In this document: positions 34,401 through 41,764 of the stretch, in pieces
Layout of the letters: every line of letters begins with the position of its first letter
How positions within the stretch are numbered: the first letter of the stretch is position 1
IMG/VR virus record: IMGVR_UViG_3300005805_000142
Location: 1 to 45,850 of that record
Reading direction: 5' to 3' (one strand)
DNA from: a virus
Taxonomy: Duplodnaviria; Caudoviricetes
Length of the DNA: 45,850 bases
Program-made: the position numbers and the translations under genes
Notes under the pieces: model-generated
Told to the model about the DNA's origin: nothing
Databases searched by the model: none
What the model saw: only the letters and a program-made list of their open reading frames with translations

Positions 34401-36274
34401 TTTGTACCAGCAAACGTACTAGTAGTGTATTTTTCAATATCCCCAAAACTCACACCTGCCGAATCAAATGCATCGAACAACGGAGCCTGATTTACTGTGG
34501 TCTTTGTTTGACTAGGCACCCAGTCAGTGCCGTTGAAGTGAAACATTCTACCGCCATTCTTATTACCTCTACGTACCAATACTCCCTGACCCAATACACT
34601 GTCACTGTCTTCAGTTTCTACAAGATGTATTTGAGTGCTGTTGATGTGCCTAATAAACGTAACTTTATATATTTTGTTGTTGGTCAATCTATCAGTGTCG
34701 GCTGTGGCTAATATTCTGGCGCCTTCAAATAAGAATTCTCCATCGACGTTATAACCTGTGCTGCCTTCGATACGAGATAGTATATCAGTGGTGTAATCGT
34801 CTAGATAATCTACAGTCTGTTTGGCCACTGCACCGTGGTTGAATAGCTGTAGATTTGCTGAAAATTCTATAATAGGACGCTTGGCTCTAGTGGCTTCTTC
34901 AGCAGGAAAATCTTCGCCACGCAAATTATAAGCAGTTTCTAATACAGTTCTATGAAACCAACGATTATATCGTGACCAAGGATTGGAGTCAGTGCTGTCT
35001 CTAGCTATGGTCACATAGTCTTTGAAAGTAGGGTAGGCTGTAGCATCATCGAAAGGCTCGGTATCGAATCCTGCGTTGTCAAACAGCACTTCCGGTACTG
35101 TAGCGGTGAGTACTGGCACTATGAGATCAGAAAATTTTGTCAATGTTATTGCTTTTCCAACTCCCTCGACTAACCATGTTTCAGAAGAGTATTTCTCTGG
35201 GATAACAGTGCCTTGGAATTCAACAATCATTCCATTAGTAAATGTAATGCCGTTGCTGCTAACATATTCACTCTTGCCAACGATGTCTTTGTCTACATTT
35301 AGATAGGTGTTGGATTCAATATCAGCTATGACGAATCTACCAAAGGCATCAGGAGTGATCAATCCCTGATAATACAGTGTGTCTGGAGCATCATAGGGCA
35401 CAGTGAAAGTCACCGTGCCATTTTCAATACCGTTGTTAATGACTCCTTTGTTATATTCCAGTGCTGCGCCGGATGCCGCTGGTTCGAGATATTCCCAATC
35501 TTCGCTGTCTAAACTAATAGAACTACCGTCTAATGGATTAATGTCACGACGAGCTCTGTATAATTTTGAATCTGATACTGCTAGATCTCCTGCACTGTAA
35601 CCATAGCTAGGTTTGAATATTAAACTGCCTGTGTCATAATTGGTGCGGATACTGAATCCTTCGCCTGGCGCATTTACTTTGAATTTGTATGACTGTCCTC
35701 TATACAATGTTAGTGTGGGATTATTTGTGTAAGCATCAGGAGTGAACACAAAACTATTTGCAGTTGTGCTCAACACCACCTTATATGTGCTGCTGACTGT
35801 GGCACTTTGACCGTACACAGCGACACTAGGTGGACCGTTTGGTACCCAATAATATTCACGATAATTAACAAACTTATCCCAGGCTATGGGCGGATTCCAG
35901 GTATAGTGTTCCTGGCTAGTGATTTTGTCATCACGTTCATCTGTGTTGCCAAAGAATTTCAGTTGATTTTTGAAATCTATATAATCATAAAAATTTTCAA
36001 TCTTGTCGTGATTTCGATAAATCACACCTGGTTCTAATTGATATGCACTTCTTAGTGTTGCATCTGTGTCCAGATATAAATCATTACCGTTATAAGTTTT
36101 ACCAAATCTGCGACCAACATATCCTGTGATTTTATCTAATAATCCCGGCTGTATCAGTGGGTCTACTACTCCTGCAAGGAACTTATCGTTTGCCTCGGTT
36201 TGAAAAACTTTAGGCAGAAGTTCTACTGATTTTCTTATAGGTAGCTTGCTGAAGGGAAAAAATTTATCTGACAT
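22496..36274 (-). CDS. giant (4592 aa) baseplate/virion structural protein with FG-GAP-like beta-propeller and CBM5/12-like modules
   Basis: Uninterrupted 13.8-kb ORF directly after gp6 (T4 gp7 position). Contains FGxxxxxxxDGxxLxxGA blades, W....Y..G.IV.Y....Y.A modules, G.GY...P.V.I.G repeats and many short beta-sandwich repeats. Confidence 0.85.
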   Translation of the reverse strand: MSDKFFPFSKLPIRKSVELLPKVFQTEANDKFLAGVVDPLIQPGLLDKITGYVGRRFGKTYNGNDLYLDTDATLRSAYQLEPGVIYRNHDKIENFYDYIDFKNQLKFFGNTDERDDKITSQEHYTWNPPIAWDKFVNYREYYWVPNGPPSVAVYGQSATVSSTYKVVLSTTANSFVFTPDAYTNNPTLTLYRGQSYKFKVNAPGEGFSIRTNYDTGSLIFKPSYGYSAGDLAVSDSKLYRARRDINPLDGSSISLDSEDWEYLEPAASGAALEYNKGVINNGIENGTVTFTVPYDAPDTLYYQGLITPDAFGRFVIADIESNTYLNVDKDIVGKSEYVSSNGITFTNGMIVEFQGTVIPEKYSSETWLVEGVGKAITLTKFSDLIVPVLTATVPEVLFDNAGFDTEPFDDATAYPTFKDYVTIARDSTDSNPWSRYNRWFHRTVLETAYNLRGEDFPAEEATRAKRPIIEFSANLQLFNHGAVAKQTVDYLDDYTTDILSRIEGSTGYNVDGEFLFEGARILATADTDRLTNNKIYKVTFIRHINSTQIHLVETEDSDSVLGQGVLVRRGNKNGGRMFHFNGTDWVPSQTKTTVNQAPLFDAFDSAGVSFGDIEKYTTSTFAGTKIISYKPGSGRIDPELGFSISYLNIDNVGDIEFNFDWDTDVADYTETRIPKSVKISTGYFKFNPNSVFDNGWLLAGTEYIQPIIDSQVVVSDTDTLTFNTIDWSLLSTDSIINVYINGVKYTGSYARSANTFVFPYTLSAKDTVTLKIITDIEPDQGYYEIPAGLEKNPLNAQLMSFTLGQAVDHVISAVEFDSALSGTIPGVSNLRDIAGYEKHAKRFLKHSGIAPLAIMTLCDKTHNVVKSIQYAKKAYTDFKNNFAARALEIAYNDSVPNFVDDVIISLSKNKTAASPFADSDMLGAGAYTVITYRVEDIGITTFALSEKFDLNILSKRAVYVYLNDSQLLNARDYVFNSTFGFVQLLVTLEENDVVEIREYITTATSHVPPTPTSMGLYKKYTPMKFVDDTYQEPREVIQGHDGSITAAYGDFRDDLLLELEYRIYNNIKQEYNPEIFDIDAILGGYYGVGLYTKPQLDNIVNQEFLKWIQNTNINYTLNTYFDSENSFTYTYSRMSDPTKTQSLPGYWRGVYKWFYDTDRPHRCPWEMLGFSQEPAWWQTQYGAAPYTRNNLLLWEDLENGHIRQGTRAGRHDRYKRPGLLNHIPVDGDGVLLSPLDSSLAQDFSLINNRGPFVLGDISPVEHAWRSSSEWPFAVIMAMCLMKPFEFITDNFDRSRTTTNLLGQTVNNATSLFSTLDEIAPDTLSDSHIGLLKYIVAYVKSRGIPQDSILEKINRLDVALSFRMSGFVDQQQQKFLLDSKNPSATTSSIFVPAENYDIIFNVGAPVATVAISGVIFEKTEGGWIATGYDDIHPYFEYHQALASQRDPVISVGGVSETFLDWTTDKNYNNGTIVRYSNDFYRALRTHNSGDSFDTTAWQKLSDIPKVGAVEALRRRTFNTLSVKRISYGTLFTTVQQVVDFLLGYESYLKSLGFRFDRYDPENQVSQDWLSSAKEFMFWTKHNWEQGSLIAISPVAQKVDVVVPVGVADNILDGFYDYQVLKGDGKPLEPRFLNVNRSFQNITVETTNTTDGIFFLKLNYVLKEHVTVFDDRTVFNDIIYDKTTGYRQGRIKAQGFRTVDWDGDYTSPGFLFDNVNIQTWQPFTDYRLGDIVSYKSFNWTSLRNQIGTEIFNDSFWTKLDSTPQKQLIPNFDYKIKQFSDYFETSSEGTNQSQRALARHTIGYQQRDYLNNLAEDPVSQFQLYQGFIREKGSANAITKIFGKLSRSGTDSVALNEEWAFLVGRMGGTDQLREIEIQIEKNKLQLNPQLFLVESAVTTQATDQNYRITANDFTISPTPYVTDITPTSLDTEPTATAGYVYEGQYEHVVPTRADLTTLNINTIRENDHIWITFDRDSWTVLRANQSDMLFVTGLERFDDTSVVLTFNRPHAFEVETYVGFRNIINLQGFFKIVSVTNTTINIEVDADIQDPELDESTVVNPMILTNSRFNDYQVLDQGTSALLYNNSRLFIDNNGNDLWEVIEKQKQYISSAITDYATTSPINAGKKVIYDTVNKQLIVSIPGSGIVTVYAESSAGLVLKQIVSPPNGFFSNALGSFGNAMSLSPDGKILIVGADEASGVASAFRGPWGTDQLYQPDEIVIYGGRLYRAKNANTVVGDGSSELAINTDDWELATIIPALESGVNTGLYQQGMVAVYTYANGRFSNSAAFVSPRPVDNEKFGSEITVSVSGNSYYMAVSATGAYNNTGRVYLFKFDGTVWRHLENPMYKGVYDFQESYKAGEIVWQAAQDPIAEAVRGNLWMNLEDSTSDGSTITIESQGWLKVSEISTNCSLPTTLSVEDDGSTLEFAITGLLNDTQMAELVKQGDKFGSSMAMNRDGSILVIGAPEADGQYFVNYRGLWRGDVEYVEGEVVRFKDPTAPGDSYQYYRLGDAFLGADSTYRSYNEDPSNSANWQVVGDSTTQSSGKVFVYARAAGDIYELKQMINAASISSFSDIDSGLVISTGDQFGFAMDMDLTGNTLVVSSPKSDINYQDQGSVYVLELDNATTEYRVKQRLESFETYPNEYFGFGVSVSPDAAKIAVGAKNASNSIPITFDILQDTTFDLRSTRFSTAQGFTGGVYIFDKKDQIFFLTEKLQEVFSPDEAFGSSVDCVGSYVAVGSPYYRLPVLHDVGVVAFEGPYIGNARLFKKDPARSSWNIVSTQQPVIDIRKIRSIELYDNVQNIKIQDLDYIDAAKGKILNSAEQEIKFKTPYDPAVYTIGNDQVVTDPAIAWYESNVGKLWWNTSAAKWIYAEQGDAAFRTGNWNQQVEGSDIAVYEWVRSVLLPNEWAAVADTNEGLSVGISGQPLYPNNDAYSLKQILNPTTGQVQETVYFYWVENKTVVPANMPDRTRSAAEVANIIANPVGTGTAFLALIATDKFVLYNVKSVMSSDTALINIKYKNDLESQKPIHSEYQLLTESVADSVPTPQLENKWIDSLVGTDIQGNRVPDTKLPAKQKYGINYRPRQSMFIDRLTALKLAITNINNVLITQPFADLIDFTNLNDKDPVPAEILNLYDVTVDTEIDLQTVGTVRTKQAVLRANLVDGELDTVDIVEPGFGYRVVPPVEIEGDGSGARVSVTIDNQGRIATVTVQSRGKRYRTLLAKIRNFSVLVINDTTIDNFWSIYAWDDIRKVFFRSQSQAYDTTKYWNTVDWYLTGYDQDSQIDIEILSVFQEQQYQISLGSLIRVKEYGAGGWAIFEKINDAGASFSDRFKLVARENGTIELKSSLYDTTVAGIGFDNTQSFDNTTYDISNSIELRNILQAVKDDIFRADYAVEWNKLFFSSIRYALSEQQYVDWVFKTSFLNATHSVGSFEQKLNYKNDNLESYQQYIDEVKPFRTTVREYVSRYDTPDPYQSAIADFDLAPNYSIPDGKVVPITFERTELTEYPWKWWTDNNGYAITDILLYDRGTTYTTVPRVVIEGNGSGATAQAYISNGRVSGIRMLTSGSGYTQRPTVTLVGGNSNDGTQAKATAILGDTKVRTFDLTVKFDRVNKIGDYQSYTQNQTFTATGTTAVFELGYAPTRDKTKIIITKNNQLVLTNEYAVSLYYLATDSYALLRGKITFNIAPLAGDIIIVSYEKNIELLSAVNRIDRFYNPTSGMIGKELNQLMTGIDFGGVQIQGTTFEVTGGWDALPWFTDNWDSVETNSDYYVVTDGSTNSVTLPYVPAAGQEINIYIKRVGETQVTRIDDPHWTPALDSSNTVNPNAEMPTFVGDGVNNVVEIGDYISTQDGDTLIFRPIESDGSVTITDDNLLDTKLSGGTLSAIDSVYVTARGTTAEEIAITGGKFIEPDHVPAPEENVPGQVMDSVSIKVFQSTPAGSAALQSKIIRSNGTDTDFNIGQTVVGNNSVIVYVNKIKKHIGTDYTLDLSQNRLEFNTAPVSDSVIEIISIGIGGIGILSSDVFVADGATNLFLTDANYVDTALIFVTVNGEPVDVGFIDSTGIIDVPGKTLVEFGIIPPADAVIKIISLEASADVDSSGVAVLQVNTQTVYFEGSTRSFDLEGFVELSRGSAPNSMLVEVDGRYLRGADTIYVEYDGTNNTFILGQDPLEASGAILPSNIRVYVNNQLKTFITDYTYNGATKELVIASSVLTAGDDIKIENNRRAEYSIVESNLVIDSSVEMITANETDNVEINVTWFSEYASLDMISDEIVGGKVQYQLPRAPISASYVWVYKNGIRLTQDQDYYVSIPRNVVYLGTDSTFSDQIKIVLFSSDIYRSPSAFEIHKDMLNVYHYNRLSIGESYLTTVLNYYDTSITVSDSSTLSDPIVSRNVPGIISVGGERIEYMSKVGNVLSQLRRGSQGTAIAETHSIGSVVVDVGYQEILPYNETQDRTDFVSDGSSLLIGPLNFVPTQGSRTLWYRDTVPVTHGACDQIEVFAGGRRLRKDPLDIWVEANGAYSPAADEKLEAEFAVDGVSAYIRLTVPLAAGTRITVIKRTGRTWYDRGEATASGGITLLDNSTAIARFIAEKTTGLPR

Positions 36275-36276
36275 AG

Positions 36277-39200
36277 TTAATAGGTAGTAGATACCACACT
36301 GGTTATAGCAGAACCAATTTCAGCTGCTGTTATAGCCGTGACTATTTCAACATCTGTAACTGTAGCTCCACTGATTAGGATTTCATCTGATCTGCTCTGA
36401 ATCTCGAACAGGCTTCCGAATGACTGACTGCTTTGTTTAGGACATATAACTATGTTGCTGATATCTGGTGAGGTGCTATTCAATATATAGGTAGTAAGTT
36501 CACTCATGTAGAACCTATCTCCAAAATCCCAGTTACTGATGTCGAAGAACGCATTTATTGCTGCTATGACTCGGACCTTTAAATCGTTATCATTGATGGA
36601 CTGTCCGGGATTTTTAACCACTTTGAACGTGGCCTGTAGTTTAGGATCCGCTTTTGAACCAAACAGTACTTTGTATTTTACTGTGTGATAAATGATTTCG
36701 TCACTGATAGATTTAATGGCTGATAGATTAGCACCAAACGTGGTTCTTAAACTGTCTGTGCTAGGTGGTTCCGGAGCAGTCGCAGAGCCGCCTGCAAGAT
36801 AAATCCTATATGATTCATCGTAGGATCTGGTCAATAAAAACACGTCGATGATATTGCTAGAGCTAGGATCTATTCTGCGATCCACACTGGCATTATGAAT
36901 ATACTGAAATTTTAGATTCCTTCGACCAATATTAGCTCTGTATGATCTATCGAGATCAAATGTATTGGTGCTTCGATTCACTGCTTTTACAGCATCCTCG
37001 TCAATGGTATAAAAATAAATCAACTGTCCGTCAGGATAGGTTGTTACATCAGTGAAATCAACTACAGATTCTTTTTCTCTGATCAATATCAGATCGTCTG
37101 AATTGTCTACCAACTGATAAATGGCGGTGCCATACTGATCCACAGTTTCTTTGAAGAACAAATAATTCAATGCGGTGTCTGCGCCGACTATCTGTTCAAA
37201 TGAATCTGGATTATCTATGACTCCGTCATCGTCACTGTCTTTGAAACTTAATTTTATTTCGGTAGTGCTTTCATATCCGTCGTCAAATTTAATAGTGTCA
37301 CTGATTTCAAATGCTACATCCTGCCGTAATTCCGAAATGAAACCACTGTCAGTGTTGATTCCAAGAACGTTGATCTGATCTTTGACCACAGCACCTAACT
37401 GGTCGTTATAACGTTTTTCATTGGTATCAAAATAAAATCGGTTCTGTGTCACACTGCCGAACACATAGCTTAGGCGTTTGATCCTTACATTATATCTGTC
37501 TGCTTCTTTGACAAAGGCCACAAGCCATGAACTATCTGCATTGGTATTAGTTACATCTCCTGATTTTCCTAGACTGAAATCACTGACTAAATTGATATTA
37601 GTAGCTGTGACGATCTTCCATGAGGATGTATCAGATTCGTATCTCAAACCAAAGTTTAAATTCTGCGCACACTGGTTTACTATTTCTGTTTCTAGTGCAG
37701 TATCTAGGTCGTTGACAAATCGCGGAACTATACGGTTGGCCACCGCACCTGTAGGTATGACATCGCTGAATGTGATTGCTCCTAGACCGCTGGTTAACAC
37801 ACCTCGGCCTGCATTTGTTCCATCGCCTACCACAGACACCACCTTGGTCCAAAGTCGATCACGCTGTTCTGGATCTTGAGCATCGATTGAGACCAATTTA
37901 CCCTTTTTAAACGCCTGGCCAGCAGGTGCTGTGAATTTAATCAATGCTCCGCTGAGCAGATATTTCAAACTGGAAGTGCTGTATATGCCCACTTTTAACA
38001 GAGAATTATCTACCACGTTCTTGAAATAGCCTGTGGGGGTAGATGTGGTAACACTCTGCCACACTGTGTTGGTATCTGTGAATAGGATCCTATCAAATTT
38101 TGTAAAATAAAAATTATACACATCAGGATCTGTGAATTTTGGTTCTATGCTTTGTCGAATAAAATTAATAACATCAATCCTGCTGTCGAACCTAAAGCCC
38201 AGCGTTTCTTCACTTTCTTGTTTGTAGATGTATCCATCATCACAGAACACATTGATGCTGGAATATTTTCCGCTGGCATCTATGATGTCGAAGTTTCTAC
38301 TGATACCACTAGATGTTCTATTGATTGATTTTATTTTAACTATGTTTTGACTGCTGCTCAATGGTGCTAGATTATAATCCTCAGCCGTGATCATGCGATT
38401 CTGTGTGTAGTAGACCGCAGGAGCATTGGTCCTTACTGAATCTATGCTTTCGGTGGCTGCTGAATTAGCCACAGTGGATTGTAGAGCTAGTCCTACTGTC
38501 AGCGTGTGCTCTACACCTGATTTATTGAAATAACTGATACCAATGTTTATACCTCTCAGTTCATTAGGACTGATGGTATATGATAATCCGTTACTGGTTC
38601 TATAAAATACCCTAAAGGATCCCTGTGGTAAATTACCATAGACTCCATCGGCGAACACCAGATCAACTGTGTCATTTTCTTTGGTATTGACTGCATATAT
38701 GTTTCTTATATCTTGTTCTACACTGTTGTAGGCTATGTTGTTGCCTACTAATGTTGATACCTTGGTCCATTCTTCTAACTGTGCGCCTGCGCTGTTTAAT
38801 GAAAACAACCAAATATCGTCGTTGTTGATGTCGGCAGCATCAATGGCTATTTTTTCATTAGGTGTCGGAACTCCTATGCCAAAATCAGCTAGAGCTAATG
38901 TGCCTTGTTTAAACATCAGGAAAAATCCTGTGTTAGGACTACCAGGACCTGTGCCGTCATTTCTATAAACAAATCCCAGTTGGTTACCGGGAACCGGAGG
39001 TTCTTCATAGATGTTTTCGCTGTTTTTAAATGCTGTAGAAACTAATTCAAACAGCATTCCTCTGGCTGCTACAGTTTTGCTGAAACTATAGATGGGCACA
39101 TCTGTGCTGGTGGTTCTAAATCTATACTGTTCTGTGGGTATGCCTTGTATGGTAGCTGATCCTTGGCTGCGACCAAATTCTGTGTTATCTGCCATGGCAG

Positions 39201-39684
39201 AATTTAACACCAGAATGAATTGCTCAAGCCAATTAGTGTTAGTTGGATCATTCCAACTTACGATTTGTTGTGCGAGGTTTCGACCATTGCTGTCAATGAT
39301 GTCCTCGGTGGTGGCCACACTGGTAAATTTCAATAGACCCGAAGCAGCTTGATTTCTCTTGGCATTGTAGCTCAACATGCGAGCTATACGCAACACGCTT
39401 TCTTTGGTTTCGGCCAGTTCGATAAAATTTTCTCTGCTGGCGAGGTCTATGCGGAACGCTAGGCTCTGTCCGAGAAATGCCACTGCATCGATTAAAGCTA
39501 GATATTCTGATGACTCAATGTAGTCGTTGAAATCTTCGGGATAATTTTCCCGCAGATAAGTGATAATAACCCTGCGCAGATTCTCAAAGTCATAGCTTTT
39601 GAAGTCGGCATTTCTAAATGTCTGATAGATTCTAGTCCAGTCTTGGTTTAGAATTAGATTATTTTGTCTGCTGGTTGTGGTCAT
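36277..39684 (-). CDS. gp6: baseplate wedge subunit, T4 gp6-like
   Basis: DFENLR...YL...FNDY..SS...L.D..A...ENFIELA...SVLRIARML.Y N-terminus and APAVYYTQNRMITAEDY. Follows gp25. Confidence 0.88.
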   Translation of the reverse strand: MTTTSRQNNLILNQDWTRIYQTFRNADFKSYDFENLRRVIITYLRENYPEDFNDYIESSEYLALIDAVAFLGQSLAFRIDLASRENFIELAETKESVLRIARMLSYNAKRNQAASGLLKFTSVATTEDIIDSNGRNLAQQIVSWNDPTNTNWLEQFILVLNSAMADNTEFGRSQGSATIQGIPTEQYRFRTTSTDVPIYSFSKTVAARGMLFELVSTAFKNSENIYEEPPVPGNQLGFVYRNDGTGPGSPNTGFFLMFKQGTLALADFGIGVPTPNEKIAIDAADINNDDIWLFSLNSAGAQLEEWTKVSTLVGNNIAYNSVEQDIRNIYAVNTKENDTVDLVFADGVYGNLPQGSFRVFYRTSNGLSYTISPNELRGINIGISYFNKSGVEHTLTVGLALQSTVANSAATESIDSVRTNAPAVYYTQNRMITAEDYNLAPLSSSQNIVKIKSINRTSSGISRNFDIIDASGKYSSINVFCDDGYIYKQESEETLGFRFDSRIDVINFIRQSIEPKFTDPDVYNFYFTKFDRILFTDTNTVWQSVTTSTPTGYFKNVVDNSLLKVGIYSTSSLKYLLSGALIKFTAPAGQAFKKGKLVSIDAQDPEQRDRLWTKVVSVVGDGTNAGRGVLTSGLGAITFSDVIPTGAVANRIVPRFVNDLDTALETEIVNQCAQNLNFGLRYESDTSSWKIVTATNINLVSDFSLGKSGDVTNTNADSSWLVAFVKEADRYNVRIKRLSYVFGSVTQNRFYFDTNEKRYNDQLGAVVKDQINVLGINTDSGFISELRQDVAFEISDTIKFDDGYESTTEIKLSFKDSDDDGVIDNPDSFEQIVGADTALNYLFFKETVDQYGTAIYQLVDNSDDLILIREKESVVDFTDVTTYPDGQLIYFYTIDEDAVKAVNRSTNTFDLDRSYRANIGRRNLKFQYIHNASVDRRIDPSSSNIIDVFLLTRSYDESYRIYLAGGSATAPEPPSTDSLRTTFGANLSAIKSISDEIIYHTVKYKVLFGSKADPKLQATFKVVKNPGQSINDNDLKVRVIAAINAFFDISNWDFGDRFYMSELTTYILNSTSPDISNIVICPKQSSQSFGSLFEIQSRSDEILISGATVTDVEIVTAITAAEIGSAITSVVSTTY

Positions 39685-39702
39685 TTCAAGTCCCTATGCC
39701 AA

Positions 39703-39708
39703 TATTTA
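39703..39708 (-). promoter_or_regulatory. TAAATA late-promoter-like box
   Basis: Intergenic, upstream of the AGGGA RBS and ATG 39684. Confidence 0.55.
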
Positions 39709-39726
39709 TGTTGTAAAATAAACTGG

Positions 39727-40161
39727 TCATATTATCATATTAGTGGCTTTATCAAAATCAAAGGTCATTCTTTCATTAACGTTGAAAGGAATGTACACTA
39801 TGTCAGCCTGTATGCGTATGCCCTGATCGGTGCTGTCCACTGTGACTGAATTCACTGAGATTCTTGGATCATAATTTATTATGGCTTCTACATCTTTGGC
39901 AATAATCTGTTTGACATCTTCCGTGAAATTTTCAAACAACATGTCCCAGATCACTGTGCCGAAATCTGGATTTTCTAGTTTCTCTCCCTTACGGATATAG
40001 AAATGATTGATTAGATCCTGCTTGACTAGATCAATGTCATAGAGTCTATAGTTTTTTGAGCTCTGTTGACTGCTGAAGCCTTTGTACAAGAACACACCTT
40101 GGCTTTCTGTTGTGACTGCTGTGGTGTTGGCCACCGATTTCTGATTGTATAGTTTTACCAT
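39727..40161 (-). CDS. gp25: baseplate wedge subunit gp25 (GPW/gp25 family, sheath nucleator)
   Basis: DIDLVKQDLINHF..RKGEK..NPDFGT...LFE...YDPRI. Confidence 0.9.
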   Translation of the reverse strand: MVKLYNQKSVANTTAVTTESQGVFLYKGFSSQQSSKNYRLYDIDLVKQDLINHFYIRKGEKLENPDFGTVIWDMLFENFTEDVKQIIAKDVEAIINYDPRISVNSVTVDSTDQGIRIQADIVYIPFNVNERMTFDFDKATNMII

Positions 40162-40162
40162 T

Positions 40163-41761
40163 TTATACGTCCCTATCCGTGTTATCAGGTGTAAGCTGTG
40201 CAGGTGCTAGATGTTCATGCAGAGCCCACGGTTCATGCATGGGTATGCGTTTCATAAAGCTCTTTACAATGCCTGATTGATATCGCTTGTCCCAACCTGC
40301 CGAGGTACTGGTAGCAGGATTATCTCTGAGATCGTACGGTCTCACAAAGTCTGCTGTTACCGCAGTTTCTGCATTGTTAGGACCATTAAGATTGATTTTT
40401 GTGCCATTCATTTTTAGTTCTGATGTGGAACCTAGGCTGATATCACCGGTAGCAGATATTTTAAGTTCTGTGTTGGTAGCTATATCCATATCATTGTTAG
40501 CTGAAATCTTTAGTTTCGCGCCTACCAATACATCGTGATTGGCTCCTACTGTGAGCTTGGCATCGTTGTTGATCAAGAACTCCATGTCTGTGGCAATCTC
40601 TGCGTGCCATTTGCCCGACTCTGTTCGGAAATTCATGTTACGACCTGCTTCAAAATTTATATCTCTATCTGCACGTATGTTGAGATCGGTGCCGGTGTGT
40701 ATGCTGACACTGTCTTGAGCATAGATATCTATCTTGCCATTGCTAGTGAGTTCTATCCAAGTAGTACCTCTTGCATTACCTATATAAATGAGATCTTCTG
40801 AATTGTGCATCAAAAGTTGATGCCCGGTTCGAGTACGCACTCTGAAATATTCATTGTAGGGCACTGTGGGTTCACTCTGTGAAATTCTTCTTTGAACTTC
40901 GGGATCTAATAGATCAACGTATTTTACAGGACCCTCGGCAGCTGTTTTTTCTCGGTGGAATCGATCATCACCGTCATCCATGACTAACTGTGTGCCGCCT
41001 AGTCTACTGATAGGCAATGGAGCAGACTTGCTGTCTTTTTTTCCTATCACTGCTTTTTTAGCATTGGTTCTGCGATCCACTGGCCCGGGTGTTGAGATAC
41101 CAAACACCATGCCGGGCAATTCTCTTCTTGGAGACGAGGATGATGTGCCTCTGACATCATCTTCGAGAAGTCCTTGTTCTAAGAATCTATCAGCGATAGG
41201 ATGCACGACTCGAGGAAATTTTTCCGGATCTACTTCAGGTTTTTCACCTATGATGCGTTTGTTTACTTCTGCCACAGGTAACGGCAGTTTAGTGTTTCCG
41301 TATCTAGTTTTATCTGTGGCATCTAGCGAGTTGATCTTAGATCCTGCTATGGCAGGGACCATGTTGTTGATGTTGCGACCGGGCACACAGGCAAACCAAT
41401 AGCCCTGGCTGGGGTCACCATCCACAAACAACACCAGCACATTTACTCCAACATCTGGTGGCACGAACCACATGCCATAGCTTTTTTGTGTGTCGTTGAA
41501 TCCCTCGATAGTAGAGTTTGTACCATCATTTTTGCCCATATACTCAAAACCCGTGTACCCAAAGAAAGGAGGAGCGTATTTGACTATGTGTAATTGACTG
41601 TCATCACCGGGATCGTTGGCTTGATCTTTTAACAGAGTAACTTCCAAAGATCCCATGAATGTAGGATCAAGGTGACTAATTACTCTCGCGAGATATACAC
41701 CCTGTGTAAGGACACCTGATTTTCCTTCACCTTCTGCTGATGGTCTACCTAATTCTGACAT
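40163..41761 (-). CDS. gp5: baseplate central spike, gp5/VgrG-like (OB-fold plus beta-helix, no lysozyme domain seen)
   Basis: DPTFMGSLEV, SYGMWFVPPDVGVNVLVLFVDGD, RTRTGHQLLMH, and 8-residue beta-helix repeats near the C-terminus. Confidence 0.8.
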   Translation of the reverse strand: MSELGRPSAEGEGKSGVLTQGVYLARVISHLDPTFMGSLEVTLLKDQANDPGDDSQLHIVKYAPPFFGYTGFEYMGKNDGTNSTIEGFNDTQKSYGMWFVPPDVGVNVLVLFVDGDPSQGYWFACVPGRNINNMVPAIAGSKINSLDATDKTRYGNTKLPLPVAEVNKRIIGEKPEVDPEKFPRVVHPIADRFLEQGLLEDDVRGTSSSSPRRELPGMVFGISTPGPVDRRTNAKKAVIGKKDSKSAPLPISRLGGTQLVMDDGDDRFHREKTAAEGPVKYVDLLDPEVQRRISQSEPTVPYNEYFRVRTRTGHQLLMHNSEDLIYIGNARGTTWIELTSNGKIDIYAQDSVSIHTGTDLNIRADRDINFEAGRNMNFRTESGKWHAEIATDMEFLINNDAKLTVGANHDVLVGAKLKISANNDMDIATNTELKISATGDISLGSTSELKMNGTKINLNGPNNAETAVTADFVRPYDLRDNPATSTSAGWDKRYQSGIVKSFMKRIPMHEPWALHEHLAPAQLTPDNTDRDV

Positions 41762-41764
41762 TTG

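Noticed and set aside
39685-39726. Weak hairpin around the TAAATA upstream of gp6 (CCAG-TTTAT...ATAAA-TA-TTGG)
   Set aside because: Short, AU-rich and bulged, and it does not cover the RBS. It could easily be chance.
39727-40161. 'Lysozyme' annotation often attached to gp25
   Set aside because: gp25 is a structural sheath-nucleating protein, and no catalytic muramidase motif was seen.
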